Of a stretch of 64,000 bases of DNA, positions 61,073-64,000 are shown in pieces. Each line of letters opens with the position of its first letter. Positions within the stretch are counted from its first letter, which is position 1. The notes under the pieces were generated by a model that made no database searches, was not told the origin of the DNA, and saw only the letters and a list, made by a program, of their open reading frames with translations. This DNA is from an uncultured archaeon. Lineage in GTDB: Archaea; Thermoproteota; Nitrososphaeria; Nitrososphaerales; Gagatemarchaeaceae. The translations under genes were made by a program, and so were the position numbers. The stretch is taken from contig CAWCYD010000003.1 of NCBI GenBank assembly GCA_963799775.1, positions 1,664,001 through 1,728,000 on the forward strand. Direction: 5' to 3'.

Positions 61073-61540
61073 TCACGGAGGACACGTAGGAAGTGTAGAG
61101 ACTGTAGTTCGTGGGCTAACACAATAGGCCGTTGAGTTGTCGAACCAGACAGTGTACTGGATATTTGCCTGGCCTTGCTCCCCAACGTGCAAAGTCGCTG
61201 CATAATAGTATCTGTCTTGATACGCTAGAAGCGTGGCGTTTGATCGTGTGTTATTTGTATACAGTTCACAAGGAATTTTGAGTACTGTGCATGGCCAAGC
61301 CCCAGCAGTTCCAACCACGGTCGCATTCTGTTCTACTACTGTCCATGACGAGGAATTGCTCGTCCCAGTCGAAAGTTTAACGGTGTTACTCGTGTCTAGA
61401 CCGGACGATGCCACCTTGACATTACTCGAAAATCCAGACTCAATTACGAATCCGAATCCAAGCGTCGCGACCAAAGCAATCGTTGCCCCAATAATGATTT
61501 GCCTCTTATATTCGGACAACCCAATCCAACTGCTAATCAA
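61073..61540 (-). CDS. Membrane-anchored Cys-containing hypothetical protein
   Basis: N-terminal TM, S/T linker and four Cys; low GC. Confidence 0.55.
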   Translation of the reverse strand: MISSWIGLSEYKRQIIIGATIALVATLGFGFVIESGFSSNVKVASSGLDTSNTVKLSTGTSNSSSWTVVEQNATVVGTAGAWPCTVLKIPCELYTNNTRSNATLLAYQDRYYYAATLHVGEQGQANIQYTVWFDNSTAYCVSPRTTVSTLPTCPP

Positions 61541-61607
61541 TTTCGAGCGATATAGCTCTATACATTAGCAATAAATTCCCTATAAAATTTTCGCGATCAT
61601 TTTCTTA

Positions 61608-61631
61608 GGGCCGGGGGGACTCGAACCCCGG
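61608..61631 (-). repeat. tRNA 3'-end-like fragment, copy 2
   Basis: Minus strand reads CCGGGGTTCGAGTCCCCCCGGCCC; direct repeat of 60213-60240. Confidence 0.7.
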
Positions 61632-61685
61632 TCAAACCTAGTTACAATCTAAATATCGGCGCGAAAGACCCGTCGAAACCTTAGT

Positions 61686-61777
61686 GGCCCTGATAGTGCA
61701 GCCTGGTTAGCATAGAAGGCTGTGGCGGAGTAATCCGCAGATACCTTCCGACCCGCGTTCAAATCGCGGTCAGGGCC
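61686..61777 (+). tRNA. tRNA-His(GTG) with encoded G-1 and a 17-nt intron at 37/38 (61726-61742)
   Basis: G-GCCCTGA/TCAGGGC-C acceptor; GAAGG-CT-GTG-G[intron]A-CCTTC; BHB helix CTGT/GCAG with bulges GGC and ATA. Confidence 0.92.
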
Positions 61778-62067
61778 CTCATCTCAACAATCAGCCCTTC
61801 GGCTTCACCTCGACCATTAGCGATTTCATCTCTCCGTTTTCGAGGGTCGAAAGGACGGCGCACCCAAATTCGGCCGCCCGTATACCAAAAATCCATCTTC
61901 AGTTTCCCAGTCATCTGCTCACCCAGTCGAACTATGGAGTCATTTCCCCCTTCGCCGGCTCGTTTTGGGTGTGCGTACTCCTGGGCGTTTCTAGACTCAG
62001 TACACGAACGAACGTGCGACCGGAATCTAGGTAAAATTGCCGCGCGGCAACATAAGAAAGTGACTTT

Positions 62068-63327
62068 CTATCTGACAATCTCAGAGCCGATTACGAGCAG
62101 CCACCCTGCGACGACCAGGTAGACGTCCCCATTCATAGTGTCAATCGAAGCTTCGAGATAGTTATGGTTAACGCCGGCCACAACTAAGATGGCTGTCGCC
62201 TCATAGGAATCTCCGATTATTATCGATGCAACGGAGCTATCATTGAAGCCAAACAAGTATAGGTTTCCCGAAACGGGATCGAATAATGGCAGTTGTCCAC
62301 CATGGCCCAGAGTTATTGTGGTTACGATAGAGTTCGTCACTCCCGATATGATGTAAATCGAGCCGTTTTTCAAATTAAGGCTAGATGCGTAAAGATCACC
62401 GTTAGTATAGTCTAGAACGGGCGTCGTGGGACCACGGCCGACACCCACTGTCGCGACGACGCTATTGTTCTTTCCATCAATGACCGAAATGTTGTCGCCC
62501 AGCAGCGGACCCTGGTCAGGGACGTAGATGTCCCCGTTAATGGGGTCAAAAAGCGGCGTCCATGGGAATGGGCCCACTGGCACAGTGGCTATCACGGTAC
62601 CTGCAAGTCCTGAAATCACGGAGACGGTATTACTAAACGGGTTGGAAACGTAGATGTCTCCGTTAATCGAGTCAAAAGCCGGAGTGACTGGATTATTGCC
62701 TACAGTTATCTCCGAGACTAACGAGTTTGTCGCCCCTGATATGACGGCGACAACATTCGATCCGTAAATGGGGACGTAGATGTCCCCGTTGGCAGGATCA
62801 AAGACTGGTGTGCGTGGACTCTCACCAACATAGATTGTGCCGATGACAGTGTTCGTATTGCCTGAAATGACTGAGACATTATCCATGCCTTGGTTCGAGA
62901 CATACAGGTCGCCGTTCATCGTGTCTAGTGCCGGCGTCGTAGCATTGCTACCCACAATCACGGTTGCGGCTAACGAGTTTGTGGCTCCCGAGATAACAAG
63001 GACTCTGCTGGATTGGTAATCAGATACATATATGTCTCCATTGAGAGGGTCAAAAAACGGTGGCTGCGGGTCAAGGCCCGCAGATATGTTAGCAATGACC
63101 GCCAAAGTCATTTGGGCGGTAGAATTCCCCGCAGATGATGTGTCCGATGCGAGTGTTTCTGTCAAAGTCGTCGTATTGTTATGATTCACGGTTACTGTGG
63201 CCCTGAACGAAGGCGCTGCCAGAAGAACAGATAGCGCGAGGCCGGCCGCTATGACACATGCCACCAATGCGTATGTAAAGCGCGAACTAGCAGAATGCGA
63301 TTGGCTTTGCAATTCGTCTTCAACCAA
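62068..63327 (-). CDS. YVTN/YncE-type beta-propeller surface protein
   Basis: About seven repeats of P.FDP.NGDIYV....N.VSVISG.TN.V..TI.VG; N-terminal TM. Confidence 0.88.
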   Translation of the reverse strand: MVEDELQSQSHSASSRFTYALVACVIAAGLALSVLLAAPSFRATVTVNHNNTTTLTETLASDTSSAGNSTAQMTLAVIANISAGLDPQPPFFDPLNGDIYVSDYQSSRVLVISGATNSLAATVIVGSNATTPALDTMNGDLYVSNQGMDNVSVISGNTNTVIGTIYVGESPRTPVFDPANGDIYVPIYGSNVVAVISGATNSLVSEITVGNNPVTPAFDSINGDIYVSNPFSNTVSVISGLAGTVIATVPVGPFPWTPLFDPINGDIYVPDQGPLLGDNISVIDGKNNSVVATVGVGRGPTTPVLDYTNGDLYASSLNLKNGSIYIISGVTNSIVTTITLGHGGQLPLFDPVSGNLYLFGFNDSSVASIIIGDSYEATAILVVAGVNHNYLEASIDTMNGDVYLVVAGWLLVIGSEIVR

Positions 63328-63435
63328 TTAATCAGACAACGTGTCCCAAAAGCCATTAGTTTAAAACAGAAGCAAGCACCGTCAATGTGATGCTCTCCAT
63401 TTTATGATCTCGATGTCCATTGAATCGACTCCTTT

Positions 63436-64000
63436 CTAAGCGGTCTCCGTGAAATCCCAAATCCCAGAACCGAAACTGCATGAGCCAGTGCCAAGATTGC
63501 TTGACTCGCCGGTCGTGCTATACGTGGGACAAGTGTCTGGAATCAGAACGCCACTCGAGTCGTACATATTTCCATATATGGTCATACTGGTGCCCGAGTT
63601 CCAGACAGCTTCTGAGCCGCCCCCTGCTCCGAAGACATTGTACTCTTCTGATGTCCACTGATTAACTAGATTGTACCCAGAGGGGAACAGATTATCTGGT
63701 ATCGTGTTCTCCCAGCACTGCGAGCTGTCGCAAACATTCGCGAGATCAACATTACCGAGGCTCGAAACCCCCGCAGCGGCGGCGATGTAGAGAGAGCTGA
63801 AGTCTGACGGCGAGTTCGCTGGGGGAATCACTGTAGCCGGTGTGACATTCAACTTATATTCATAGGTGCCACAATTTCCGTTTCCAACTGAGGTCCAATC
63901 AGTTCCAAGGTTGCCGCAATTTCCTGAGCCGTAGTAATTCCCGTAGTTGATGACTTCGTCCTCTACATCGACGTATGCCGTACTTTCACCATAAATGCTC
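63436..64000 (-). CDS. Acidic secreted protein, C-terminal part (runs off the window)
   Basis: Cys-, Ser- and Gly-rich; WTSEEYNVFGAGGGSEAVWN...TGESSNL; upstream part may be frameshifted. Confidence 0.55.
   Translation of the reverse strand, partial: SIYGESTAYVDVEDEVINYGNYYGSGNCGNLGTDWTSVGNGNCGTYEYKLNVTPATVIPPANSPSDFSSLYIAAAAGVSSLGNVDLANVCDSSQCWENTIPDNLFPSGYNLVNQWTSEEYNVFGAGGGSEAVWNSGTSMTIYGNMYDSSGVLIPDTCPTYSTTGESSNLGTGSCSFGSGIWDFTETA

Noticed and set aside
62400-63080. Regular repeats of about 126 nt resembling an array
   Set aside because: They are coding repeats of the YVTN beta-propeller. No CRISPR array or cas genes are seen in the window.

Overview
This window is archaeal chromosomal DNA of about 60% GC. 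The rpl31e/rpl39e/rps19e/eIF6/prefoldin/ftsY cluster, two TFBs, an ESCRT-III/CdvB gene and BHB-intron tRNAs point to Nitrososphaerota, probably a non-ammonia-oxidising lineage (inference). Many essential genes carry single-base frameshifts, which suggests uncorrected long-read indels rather than real decay. Housekeeping blocks alternate with three tRNA-adjacent accessory regions, next to tRNA-Gly, tRNA-Arg and tRNA-His. The most unusual locus is 3923-6687. A putative structured RNA on the minus strand lies head-to-head with an intron-containing tRNA-Gly, and its two ends pair although they are 2.6 kb apart. It carries two antisense elements to that tRNA: 17/17 nt across the spliced exon junction, and 13 nt across the 5' leader/+1 boundary. 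A tnpB ORF lies inside this RNA, and an IS110 element with visible bridge-RNA-like guides lies inside tnpB. Other highlights are a DUF3494 ice-binding adhesin, a regulator-rich island with a divergent TFB and many Zn microproteins, and two ElaB/YqjE-like modules.
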